Positions 20,223 through 29,111 of a stretch of DNA of 36,263 nucleotides are shown piece by piece (the first letter of the stretch is position 1; the number at the start of each line of letters is the position of its first letter). Position numbers and translations under genes: made by a program. Under the pieces are notes generated by a model that was not told the origin of the DNA, did no database searches, and saw nothing but the letters and a program-made list of their open reading frames with translations. Source of the DNA: Clostridia bacterium. GTDB taxonomy: Bacteria; Bacillota; Clostridia; TANB77; RGIG9151. The stretch lies in contig JAEEXS010000002.1 of NCBI GenBank assembly GCA_016287855.1, forward strand, positions 1 to 36,263. Direction: 5' to 3'.

Positions 20223-20695
20223 TAATTTCTCCCTAAATTTAATTTTTTCATAATTTCTTCTTCTTTTTCACGCATTACTTTTTTATCCTCATCTTGCATA
20301 TGATCATAACCCATAAGATGGAGCATTCCGTGAGCAATTAAGTAACAAAACTCTCTTTCAAATCCAGTATTGTATTCTTTAGCTTGTTCTATTATTTTCT
20401 CTTTAGAAACTACAATATCTCCTATATATATTAATTCATCTTCTTTATTTTTTAGCTCAATCCATTCTTCTTTTTCATAGCCTGGGAAAGACAACACATC
20501 AGTAGGATTATCTATATTTCGTTGTGCTTTATTTATCTCTTGAATATTTTTATTGTCTGTTACGACTAAACTTAGGTTTATATTGCACTTTACGTCTTCT
20601 ACCTCTAAGCTAGCCTTTACTGTTTCTAGTATTTTCTTTTCGATCTCATTATCTTCATCTATTTCCCAAGATATATCTAATTGTATTTTTTGCAT
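20222..20695 (-). CDS. ybeY: rRNA maturation endoribonuclease YbeY
   Basis: 157 aa with the metal-binding motif HGMLHLMGYDH. Confidence 0.9.
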   Translation of the reverse strand: MQKIQLDISWEIDEDNEIEKKILETVKASLEVEDVKCNINLSLVVTDNKNIQEINKAQRNIDNPTDVLSFPGYEKEEWIELKNKEDELIYIGDIVVSKEKIIEQAKEYNTGFEREFCYLIAHGMLHLMGYDHMQDEDKKVMREKEEEIMKKLNLGRN

Positions 20696-20745
20696 AAAAA
20701 ATCACTCTTTTCTGACAATTATATTATCAAAAAAGAGCGATTTTT
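20696..20745 (-). terminator. AT-rich hairpin between the giant gene and ybeY; weak terminator or translation-modulating structure
   Basis: Arms at 20701-20711 and 20730-20740 (11 bp, 1 mismatch) with an 18-nt loop. On the minus strand it is followed by UUUUU and then directly by the ybeY ATG. The only SD-like string (GAGTGA) lies in the 3' arm. Confidence 0.3.
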
Positions 20746-20758
20746 TCAATATTTTGTT

Positions 20759-23700
20759 TTAAAACCCTATTGTATATGGTTCAAGTTCTGTACCAGCGCC
20801 ACCAGTTATTCTAATGTCTTGTCTTAAAGTTATTATTGGACGTACGCCCTTGGAAAATGTATACGATTCAGACGTTCCATCTGCTTTTGGGAGAAATAGC
20901 TCCTGAGTAGACGCTCTATTAACTATAGTGCCATTTGGCCCAACACATCTTACATTAAAGCTATAATTAGTTTCATCACTAGGATCTAAATAACGTGATG
21001 CAAGCCATACGTCCCCTACAGTCTGTTGTAAAGCTGCATTATTCATTATAAGGTTCCTATCTGCTGCGCCATAATCATCATGATATGGTAATATCCGTTT
21101 TACTATTTCCCTATAAAAAGCTACTGGATAAATATTCCTATCTATTTGCTCTATACTCTTACTCGTTGCACCTACACTTCTTCCGCTCACTGCGTAAATA
21201 GGATTTATATACTGTTTTGATTTATCATTTAGTAATTTTACTGCATTTGCATATCCGTCTGCACCACTTAAAGTTAAATCTGCTACGTTTTCCTTACTTA
21301 TTATCTCTACATTTTTTCCGGTTTCATTTCTTAATACTACCCATTTGCCATTATAATCTCCGCCTTGATAGTCTATATAGCTTCCAACAGCTACATCAGC
21401 GAATTGCACAAATGTCGCTGTAAGTGTAGTATTGTTAGATAACGTTTCAAAGTCATACAATGTTGTTGGCGTTTGCGATACTCCTCCTGCTGTTAATGTT
21501 GATACTCCATAACCTAACTTTGGAGTTATATTAAACTTATAACCACTGTTATATGATATCTTTCCATTTTCTGCTTGAGTTATAGTTACTATTTTTGTAT
21601 TATCATGTTTATTTAGTGTTGTTATATTCTGCCTTGAATCTAATGCCAACACTCTAAGTGTTTCTTGAGTACAAGCTAGATCCTGCAATCCTAAGCAAGC
21701 ACTTACATCTAAACCAGATATTGTATTTGCATCACACCAGAGTGTTTTTAATTTAGTATTTTTACTTACATCTAAATAGTCTAACATATTACTTCCGCAA
21801 TCCAAGAATTCTAATTCCGTATTATTAGCTAAATTAATACTATATATCCAATTACTAAACATTTCCAAATATATCAAATTTACGTTATTCTCTACATTTA
21901 ACGTACTCAAGCTGTTAAAACTACAATCTAACATAACTAATTTTATATTGTTACGCAAATCCAAATTACTTAATAAATTTTTATGACATACTAAATACTC
22001 AAGATTTATATTCTGCTCAACATTTAAATTACTTATATTATTTTCCTGACACTCTAACCAAGTTAAGTTAGTTGCGTGGCTTACATCCAAGCCATTAATC
22101 TGCTGAGAACTACAACCTAAGTATGTAACAACATTTTCTAATATTTTTACATTATATGTACCAGCATATTGGTAAGTATGAGATAATTCTGTATCTTCTT
22201 CACCCGAAATTGCTACAGCAGATGTCGTTCCATCTCCCCAGTCCACTACTGTAGGTTCTGTTACATTAAGTGTAAGTTCTTTTCCTAAATCATCTGTAGT
22301 ATCCCAAGTAAAGTTAATTGCGGCTTTTTCCCATTGTGCATATAAAATAACATCTTCATCTTCTGAATACGTTCCACTTATCGTATAACTTGCACCTAAT
22401 CCATCCACATCTGTATTCCAACCCATAAAGACATAATTATCTCTAACAGGTCTTTGATTACTTAGCACTAGATCTACTCCTGGTGTTTTTTCTTGATTTG
22501 CAGGTGCATTCTTCCCGCCATTTGCATCATATCTTACAACGTACTTAATATCTGCATTAAATGCTCCGCTTACTTTTCTATATAGGACATTATTATCACT
22601 ACCTGTACCCTTTACATGTATATAGCTCACTGGTGTTTTAGCCATTACCGATAAATTATAATCGTTTGGTATAGTTGTCCACTTTGGCGATACAACTAAA
22701 TCCTTTATAGCCGCATAATCATTAACTGAATGATTTTCTCCATGGCTATAACTTAGACCAATTTCTACCTTGCCATCTTTTACTTCTACTTCTCTTTCAA
22801 ATTCGTTCCATTCTCCAAAAGTTATATCATCACTAGGGCTTATAACCTTAGCACCATTTATTGTTACACCAAATTGTGATTTATCTCCGTTAGACACAAA
22901 ATAATTGAACTTTATAACTTCCTTTTCATTCCTAGATACTATTTTTATTAAAGCATTTGCGTCTTTTCCCTCTTCTAGACTTGCACTTCTAAAAATACCT
23001 GTATCTGCTTCCCAATCTCCAATTGCCAACTCACCTATTTTATCCAATGTATAAGGTGTATCTGGATTTGTTGGAGATGAAGATATTACATATTGTAATG
23101 TCCCGTCTGTTATCATATTTCCTACTATTTGGGCCTCTACCATATTAGGAGCAGGAGTTTCATTCTCAATTATTTGTATTCTTCCTACAAATACCGCATG
23201 TGTTTCTGTGTCTTGTTTTATAGAGCTTAAATCCTTATCCCATCCTACAAATATATGGTCTTCTTTCATTGGAACTTCTTCTATATATGCACTTTCACCG
23301 TTTTCTACTTCTATAACTTTAAATACTTCTCCCTCGTTATAGAATGTTACTATCCAGGATTTTGCAAATACTGCAGTATATTCTTCATCTTGCAATACAT
23401 ACGGAGTCGTAAACTCTGGTAACGTAGAAACTACCTCTCCATTTTGATCTATCCAATTTACAAAAACATATCCTTCATTTGGAACAGCTTCAACTGGAGC
23501 AGTTGCCTTTCCTTCTACTATAGTTTGTGTTAACGTCCCGTTTATTGTTCCAAATGTTTCTTGCCCTTGTTTTACCTTAAAGGTAACTGTATATACTCTT
23601 TCAAATTCACCTGTTACTACAATATCTTTTTCTGGCATAACAAATGAAACTGCTGGATTGGATATACTTGCTTCTGGAATTAAATTTTCTTCCCCTTCTA

Positions 23701-26152
23701 CAATCCACCTAGAAAATATATAATTTGGTTTAGGAGTAGCTGTTAAATTTACAGTATTTCCAAAAGACACATTTTCTGAAATATATCCATTTTCATTTTC
23801 TGTAGTTAAGTTCTTAATATCAATGTTCTTAGTATTTTTAACTACTCCGCTTACTTCTCCATACCCTATATGATTTACATTAAGAGTTAATTTATATTTT
23901 AAATTAACAACTTCTATATCATAGGTTAGGCTTTTTGTTGCATACTGTATAGCTACTGTATAATCTCCTAATTGTAAATTAGAAAAATCACATTTTTGGC
24001 CTGTTGTTTTATTAGTTACACTAACTTCTACACCAGGTGTTGCCATACTTATTTGTCTATTTACTGTATTGCCCTTACTATTTTTATATGTTGCATTTAA
24101 TACTGCATCATTCCCTAATTCAAAGTCCTCTCCTACTATAAACTCCTTTTTAGGGGTCTGAATTGTTAAAGATTCAGGTGCAATATATACTGCTGTTAAT
24201 GTGACCTCATCCTTATCTAGGCTTCCCGTTTTACTAGGAACAACAAATGTCGTATTATACTCACGAATATCACTTGCTTTTACTTTACTAGAATCACTTT
24301 GCCAAGTCGAGAATATATAGCCATCTAAAAATTCAGATGTAAGTAATACTTTCGTTTCATCACTATCGCCCCTTGTGTATCTTCCTGGGCCACTTAATAA
24401 TTGATGGTTGGTATTACTTATCCCACTTACTTTTCCTATAACATTTAACTGTGCAACATTACTTACATTAATTATATATTTATCTTCTTGTTCTACTTTT
24501 ACATCATTATAATATAAATCTTGTACCCAATAGTTTGTTCTTGCTACACTGGTCACCCCATCTTCTGCTCTTAATAAAGATGTAGACATAGGATCAGATG
24601 TAGCGAATCTTCCCAAATATACTACTATTTCTCCACCACTCAAATCTAATTCTTCATTCAAAGAATATTCACTTTTATCTGGCGCTTTTGTCATAACTAC
24701 TTTTGAAATAGACGTAGTTCCAGCTTCATTTACAATATTTAAAGTTACCTTATTAGTAACTATACTTCCAACTTTAAATGGTTTACTTGAAGAATCTAAC
24801 AAGTTTAATTCATTTACAACAATCTTCGCCTGCATATCGTCTGTTGCAACAAATACTCCTACTTCTTCATCATCTTTTAATACTTTGCCACCAACTCTTA
24901 CAACTAGTGTATATTTACCACTTGGATAACTAGTAGTCGCATTAATACTACTAGCAGGCACCTCACTTAAGTCTGGCTTTATTAATTTTATGGCTTTTGC
25001 ATTTAAATCGCTGGTACTACATGAAATATCTCCCTCATAAACACATTTTATATCCACAGATTTTTTGTTATCGATATTAGACAAATTATCAAACAAATCA
25101 TCACTATCTCCAGGGAAATGCCATGTTATTCCATCTTTTACATAAAAATCTACACCTAAAATAAGGTAATCTCCCTCCATAACGGTTGCTTCCGTATCAA
25201 AAAATGAAACCGCATCTGTAAGTTCATCTGTTAAGATAGATATAGTTGTTCTATAACCTTTATTGCTATCTGACTTGCTATTAGTTCCAGTATACCCCAA
25301 TAAGCCTAGACTTCCACCTCTTACCAGATAATTATTCTTTGATATAGACCCACTATTATCCAATTCGTCTAACGCCATTCCATGATAACTACTTAATGCC
25401 GAATTTAACTTATCTCTATATTTTCTATTAACCGATTTTAATATTCCAGCACTAGAACTAGGGTTTCCTTTTATTCCCATAACATATTCTTGCTTTGCAT
25501 CTAGCTTCACACCCGTATAATTTGATGTTGTATACCTAGTTGTACTATTATAACTTCCTTTTGCTGAAGCAAGATACACCATTGCTCCCCATTCACTAGC
25601 TTTAGCAATATGTGTATAAGTTCCAGACTGAGGCAAGTTGTATTTATCTGGTTCTTTTAATTTTAATGATTCATCGAAAGAAGTAGATATATCACTTACA
25701 CTAGTCGCTGATACTTCTTTTTTCATCCAAAATCCAGTTATATCGCTCCTAGTTCCATTACTTTGGTTATAATCGTCTCCTCCAAAATACTCATCAAAGT
25801 AGAATGCCGGATGTACGATATAACCATCACTTGTATCATCTATCTTTCCATTACTCCATTTTATGCTAACACTTTTTTTGTCTATAGCTACCTTGTAGGT
25901 AAACCTCGGTATCCAGACATATAAATCTCCATTTGTTGTCCTTGCATTAGCCCAAATTCCACGTTCATAATCATACCAACTTGTATCTGTCTGATTTGTC
26001 GCGGTATACGTACTACCCGTATACTTTACTGGGGTTAAGCCGGAAACAATTACTGGATTATTAGCAGTAGTTGCATTTGAAAATGATGAATTTATCAATA
26101 TAGCTAAGATAAATATCATTCCGTAAAAAATGTTTCTTACAATCCTTCTCAT
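20759..26152 (-). CDS. giant secreted surface protein with B-repeat / Ig-like modules and a leucine-rich-repeat block
   Basis: 1797 aa. GGGAGG SD. Signal peptide MRRIVRNIFYGMIFILAILINSSFSNA. Five modules carry the aromatic-x-W signature of Listeria/Bacteroides-type B repeats: GYIFSTWQSD, NYIFSRWIVEG, GYVFVNWIDQNG, HIFVGWDKD, YVFMGWNTDVDG...LYAQWE. Eight 21-residue LRRs at aa ~1345-1514. No LPXTG, SLH or C-terminal TM anchor seen. Confidence 0.8.
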   Translation of the reverse strand: MRRIVRNIFYGMIFILAILINSSFSNATTANNPVIVSGLTPVKYTGSTYTATNQTDTSWYDYERGIWANARTTNGDLYVWIPRFTYKVAIDKKSVSIKWSNGKIDDTSDGYIVHPAFYFDEYFGGDDYNQSNGTRSDITGFWMKKEVSATSVSDISTSFDESLKLKEPDKYNLPQSGTYTHIAKASEWGAMVYLASAKGSYNSTTRYTTSNYTGVKLDAKQEYVMGIKGNPSSSAGILKSVNRKYRDKLNSALSSYHGMALDELDNSGSISKNNYLVRGGSLGLLGYTGTNSKSDSNKGYRTTISILTDELTDAVSFFDTEATVMEGDYLILGVDFYVKDGITWHFPGDSDDLFDNLSNIDNKKSVDIKCVYEGDISCSTSDLNAKAIKLIKPDLSEVPASSINATTSYPSGKYTLVVRVGGKVLKDDEEVGVFVATDDMQAKIVVNELNLLDSSSKPFKVGSIVTNKVTLNIVNEAGTTSISKVVMTKAPDKSEYSLNEELDLSGGEIVVYLGRFATSDPMSTSLLRAEDGVTSVARTNYWVQDLYYNDVKVEQEDKYIINVSNVAQLNVIGKVSGISNTNHQLLSGPGRYTRGDSDETKVLLTSEFLDGYIFSTWQSDSSKVKASDIREYNTTFVVPSKTGSLDKDEVTLTAVYIAPESLTIQTPKKEFIVGEDFELGNDAVLNATYKNSKGNTVNRQISMATPGVEVSVTNKTTGQKCDFSNLQLGDYTVAIQYATKSLTYDIEVVNLKYKLTLNVNHIGYGEVSGVVKNTKNIDIKNLTTENENGYISENVSFGNTVNLTATPKPNYIFSRWIVEGEENLIPEASISNPAVSFVMPEKDIVVTGEFERVYTVTFKVKQGQETFGTINGTLTQTIVEGKATAPVEAVPNEGYVFVNWIDQNGEVVSTLPEFTTPYVLQDEEYTAVFAKSWIVTFYNEGEVFKVIEVENGESAYIEEVPMKEDHIFVGWDKDLSSIKQDTETHAVFVGRIQIIENETPAPNMVEAQIVGNMITDGTLQYVISSSPTNPDTPYTLDKIGELAIGDWEADTGIFRSASLEEGKDANALIKIVSRNEKEVIKFNYFVSNGDKSQFGVTINGAKVISPSDDITFGEWNEFEREVEVKDGKVEIGLSYSHGENHSVNDYAAIKDLVVSPKWTTIPNDYNLSVMAKTPVSYIHVKGTGSDNNVLYRKVSGAFNADIKYVVRYDANGGKNAPANQEKTPGVDLVLSNQRPVRDNYVFMGWNTDVDGLGASYTISGTYSEDEDVILYAQWEKAAINFTWDTTDDLGKELTLNVTEPTVVDWGDGTTSAVAISGEEDTELSHTYQYAGTYNVKILENVVTYLGCSSQQINGLDVSHATNLTWLECQENNISNLNVEQNINLEYLVCHKNLLSNLDLRNNIKLVMLDCSFNSLSTLNVENNVNLIYLEMFSNWIYSINLANNTELEFLDCGSNMLDYLDVSKNTKLKTLWCDANTISGLDVSACLGLQDLACTQETLRVLALDSRQNITTLNKHDNTKIVTITQAENGKISYNSGYKFNITPKLGYGVSTLTAGGVSQTPTTLYDFETLSNNTTLTATFVQFADVAVGSYIDYQGGDYNGKWVVLRNETGKNVEIISKENVADLTLSGADGYANAVKLLNDKSKQYINPIYAVSGRSVGATSKSIEQIDRNIYPVAFYREIVKRILPYHDDYGAADRNLIMNNAALQQTVGDVWLASRYLDPSDETNYSFNVRCVGPNGTIVNRASTQELFLPKADGTSESYTFSKGVRPIITLRQDIRITGGAGTELEPYTIGF
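21612..22120 (-). repeat. eight tandem 63-nt coding repeats (21-residue LRRs) inside the giant gene
   Basis: Units LGCSSQQINGLDVSHATNLTW / LECQENNISNLNVEQNINLEY / LVCHKNLLSNLDLRNNIKLVM / LDCSFNSLSTLNVENNVNLIY / LEMFSNWIYSINLANNTELEF / LDCGSNMLDYLDVSKNTKLKT / LWCDANTISGLDVSACLGLQD / LACTQETLRVLALDSRQNITT. Consensus L-x-C-x2-N-x-[LI]-x2-L-[DN]-[VL]-x2-N-x2-L-x2. Confidence 0.75.
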
Positions 26153-26171
26153 TGTACGCCTCCCATAAAGA

Positions 26172-29111
26172 TTAAGTTAAATCTTTCAAATCTTGAACTT
26201 CTACTATTACTCTATTTTGACCATTTAATGTCTTTCCACCAAACTTTATGTTCTCTAAATCTATTATATAAGTAGCCTTTTCACTAAATACATTTCCGCC
26301 AATCGCTATTTGTAGATAATATTCACCAGCAGCATATGTCGGTCCTGAAGAAGTTATATCTCTTCTTTGCATATCCATTACTTTTACTAATCGTATATTA
26401 GAACTGTTTAATGTTTTCGGGGTTAAACTTCCTGTTTTATATACACGTGCATTAATTATACTAGTAATATTATTTTTATTTATTGTCCAAGACTCATTAG
26501 GATTTATTAAGATTTCAGCAAATGCATATCCATTTATAAATACATCATTAGATATCGCTACTGTTGCTCGTCCCTTTATTATATTATCTATTACTATTTT
26601 TATTATCTCTGTATTTCCAGCTGTATCTCTTGCTATGAAAGTATACGTTCCATTCTCGCTTATAACCTTAGAAAAAATTGCAGGATTAGTACCATTAGCT
26701 TGTAATGCCGAATCTGACATAGTACTTCCTTCTAATATATATATTTTTTTATCAAAGTCTTTTTCTGATTCAGCAGACCTTAATGTAATCGTTACTGTCT
26801 CATCAGTAGATGTTACTGGATTTATTAATCTCTCTATTACTACTCCATTACTTATATGATTTATACTAAATGTTGCCAAACCACCTCTACAAGTAGTAAA
26901 CTTATATGTTCCGTTTTTCGTTAATGTAAATTCATTACTTACTGCACTAATTCTGTTTGAATTTTCATCTAATATATTTTGAACATATTGTACTGTACCA
27001 GTCTTTACTTCTATTATCTTTATCTTTTCTTTATTTTTAGATGGTAATTTGCCAGTGTTTATTCCTAAAACATAATCTGTTATATCTACTCCACTGTCTG
27101 TTACCATTTTCCATAATCTTTGACCGCATTTTGAACATTTTCCTGTTCCGTCATCGGTATGCGCCTCATCTACATTCCCGTGTGGTTTTAAAGCAGCTGG
27201 AACAGTTGTGTCACACGTTTTACATACTAACCAATGCTTATATAATTCGGTATAATTTGTTGCATCTGGTGTTTTCTTATCATATCCAGCATTTCCTGTC
27301 TTAAATGAATGAGACTGTGTTGTAGTTAATCCACAACCAGTATGTTGACATGTCTTTATATGTGTATTTGCATCATTCCAAGTCCATGTACCTCCTTCAA
27401 ATTCATGAGATTCATCTACTACTTGACAATTTCCAAAAGTACATTTTCTTGTGTGTTCCTGTTCACTTATTTTATAATATTCTCCCCATGTTGGTGTATG
27501 CGTTGCGGTACATTTATTATCATTTCCTACACACTTATGAGAAGTGGCATTAACCTTTTGCCAGCTTGGCGTATGAGTATATGTATAATAATTACATGTC
27601 GTACAAGTTGCTGTATGACTAGTATTTGCCATGCCCCAATTAGGATTATGTGATGTTTCTACATAATTACAACCAGATACTGTACATTTCTTTTCATGTT
27701 TTTCTGTTGCACTTGTTTTTGCTTTTGCTCCCTGCCAAGTACAAACATGATCTCCTCCACATGTTGTTTGATGTTTGTTACATTTAGGGCATATCTTTGC
27801 CGTACAATGTGCTTTTGAACATGTTGTAAAGGAACTACTAAAATTACTACACGTTTTATGTACATGTGTAAATGTCCCTATTCTTTCACAATTTGTACAC
27901 CAAGTTACACCCGCGCAGTGTACATCTGTTGTACATTTTCCACTTGAATTATGAGTACAATTATGAGTACTCATACACAATGTACAATATGTTGTAGAGC
28001 AATGATTACAGTACCCACTTGTATTGTGTCCTCCACCACAAGTTCCATCTTTGTGCAACCCGCACCAACAACATATAGGCTCTTTACAATGTACTTTTGA
28101 ACAAGTACTTGTATAACTATGAGCTGCAAGTGAGCCATATGATTTATTACATCTTGTGCATACTGCTTTCGCTTTACATGTAGCAGATCCTCCTGTATGT
28201 CCTAATGCAGAAGTATATTCTCTTTGACATGTAGTACATACTTTACCTTTTGTACATGTGGCAGTTCCTCCAGAATGAGCTGCTTTGCTATTTTGTAGAG
28301 TACAACCCGAAACAGTACATCCTTTCCAGTGATATGTTCCATCACTTGACCATGTACTAGCGATTATATGATCTCCTCCACAACTTGTTTGATGCACGCC
28401 ACACCAACAACATATAGGTCTTTTACAGTGCACTTTTGAACAAGTATCCGTATATTTATGATTAGCAAGTGAACCATATGTTTTTCCACACTTCGTGCAT
28501 ATTGCTAAAGCTTTACAAGTTGCTGTACCGCCACTATGTGCACATGTTGGTATTGGGGTCGGTGTTCTGGTTGGTGTCACTGTTGGATACCATGATGGAG
28601 TTACTACTGGTGTTGGATACCATGATGGAGTTATTACTGGCGTTACTGTTGGTGTTCTCGTAAAAGCTGGGATAACTCGAGGGCCAGTTGGTGTTATTGG
28701 CGGTGTACTTGGATTTGCCGTTATTGCTGGTGGCAAATTTGTTGGTGCTACTGATATTACTGGTGTCACTACTGGCGTCGCCTGTTGCGAAGCTTTTAAA
28801 ATTCTTATCCAAGTATTAACATCATAATCCTCTTTGTTATACTCTTGGTCATTAACTGTTACTTGTGTTGGGAAAACCGGTGTCATTTGTGCTCCTCCAG
28901 ATCCTGCACCTGCGGCAGCCGCTGCGGCAGCCGCTCCTCCAGATCCTGCACCTATTGCCGAAACTAACGGTGTTGGACGCGCTATTTGTATAAGCGTATT
29001 AGTATCTCCTAGTGTCACAGGAGATTGTATTCTAGCATTTGCAGAAAAATTCATTGCTCCTATCGTAAATATTAAAAAAATCGAAAAAATAACCAATACT
29101 TTCTTTTTCAT
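26172..29111 (-). CDS. secreted Cys/His-rich modular protein: signal peptide, Ala/Gly tract, Pro/Thr linker, ~470-aa Cys-rich region, beta-rich C-terminal domains
   Basis: I start it at ATG 29111 (AGGAGG at 29117-29122; MKKKVLVIFSIFLIFTIGAMNFSANA), not the track start at 29132. About 54 Cys by my count between nt 27127 and 28544. Only 19 nt separate its stop from the giant gene start. Confidence 0.8.
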   Translation of the reverse strand: MKKKVLVIFSIFLIFTIGAMNFSANARIQSPVTLGDTNTLIQIARPTPLVSAIGAGSGGAAAAAAAAGAGSGGAQMTPVFPTQVTVNDQEYNKEDYDVNTWIRILKASQQATPVVTPVISVAPTNLPPAITANPSTPPITPTGPRVIPAFTRTPTVTPVITPSWYPTPVVTPSWYPTVTPTRTPTPIPTCAHSGGTATCKALAICTKCGKTYGSLANHKYTDTCSKVHCKRPICCWCGVHQTSCGGDHIIASTWSSDGTYHWKGCTVSGCTLQNSKAAHSGGTATCTKGKVCTTCQREYTSALGHTGGSATCKAKAVCTRCNKSYGSLAAHSYTSTCSKVHCKEPICCWCGLHKDGTCGGGHNTSGYCNHCSTTYCTLCMSTHNCTHNSSGKCTTDVHCAGVTWCTNCERIGTFTHVHKTCSNFSSSFTTCSKAHCTAKICPKCNKHQTTCGGDHVCTWQGAKAKTSATEKHEKKCTVSGCNYVETSHNPNWGMANTSHTATCTTCNYYTYTHTPSWQKVNATSHKCVGNDNKCTATHTPTWGEYYKISEQEHTRKCTFGNCQVVDESHEFEGGTWTWNDANTHIKTCQHTGCGLTTTQSHSFKTGNAGYDKKTPDATNYTELYKHWLVCKTCDTTVPAALKPHGNVDEAHTDDGTGKCSKCGQRLWKMVTDSGVDITDYVLGINTGKLPSKNKEKIKIIEVKTGTVQYVQNILDENSNRISAVSNEFTLTKNGTYKFTTCRGGLATFSINHISNGVVIERLINPVTSTDETVTITLRSAESEKDFDKKIYILEGSTMSDSALQANGTNPAIFSKVISENGTYTFIARDTAGNTEIIKIVIDNIIKGRATVAISNDVFINGYAFAEILINPNESWTINKNNITSIINARVYKTGSLTPKTLNSSNIRLVKVMDMQRRDITSSGPTYAAGEYYLQIAIGGNVFSEKATYIIDLENIKFGGKTLNGQNRVIVEVQDLKDLT
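28026..28538 (-). repeat. internal duplication of a ~57-aa Cys-rich module
   Basis: 28368-28538 encodes HSGGTATCKALAICTKCGKTYGSLANHKYTDTCSKVHCKRPICCWCGVHQTSCGGDH. 28026-28199 encodes HTGGSATCKAKAVCTRCNKSYGSLAAHSYTSTCSKVHCKEPICCWCGLHKDGTCGGGH. Roughly 70% identical by eye. A shorter third HSGGTATC-x5-C-x2-C unit lies between them. Confidence 0.8.
28581..28640 (-). repeat. 30-bp tandem duplication in the Pro/Thr linker
   Basis: tgttggataccatgatggagttactactgg (28581-28610) is repeated at 28611-28640 with one mismatch. It encodes PVVTPSWYPT twice, in frame. Confidence 0.9.
28891..28953 (-). repeat. GC-rich nested direct repeats encoding GAGSGG-A8-GAGSGG
   Basis: 21-bp gctcctccagatcctgcacct at 28891-28911 and again at 28933-28953. 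The two copies flank a tandem pair of 12-bp gcggcagccgct units (28912-28935). All in frame. Confidence 0.9.

Noticed and set aside
21612-22120. Regular 63-nt periodicity that could look like a repeat array or CRISPR
   Set aside because: The repeats are in-frame LRR units inside a continuous ORF. They are degenerate at the DNA level and have no unique spacers or cas genes, so this is not a CRISPR array.
27659-27865. 68-aa minus-strand ORF inside the Cys-rich gene
   Set aside because: It lies in a different frame of the same strand, has no SD, and is wholly embedded in the well-supported Cys-rich reading frame.
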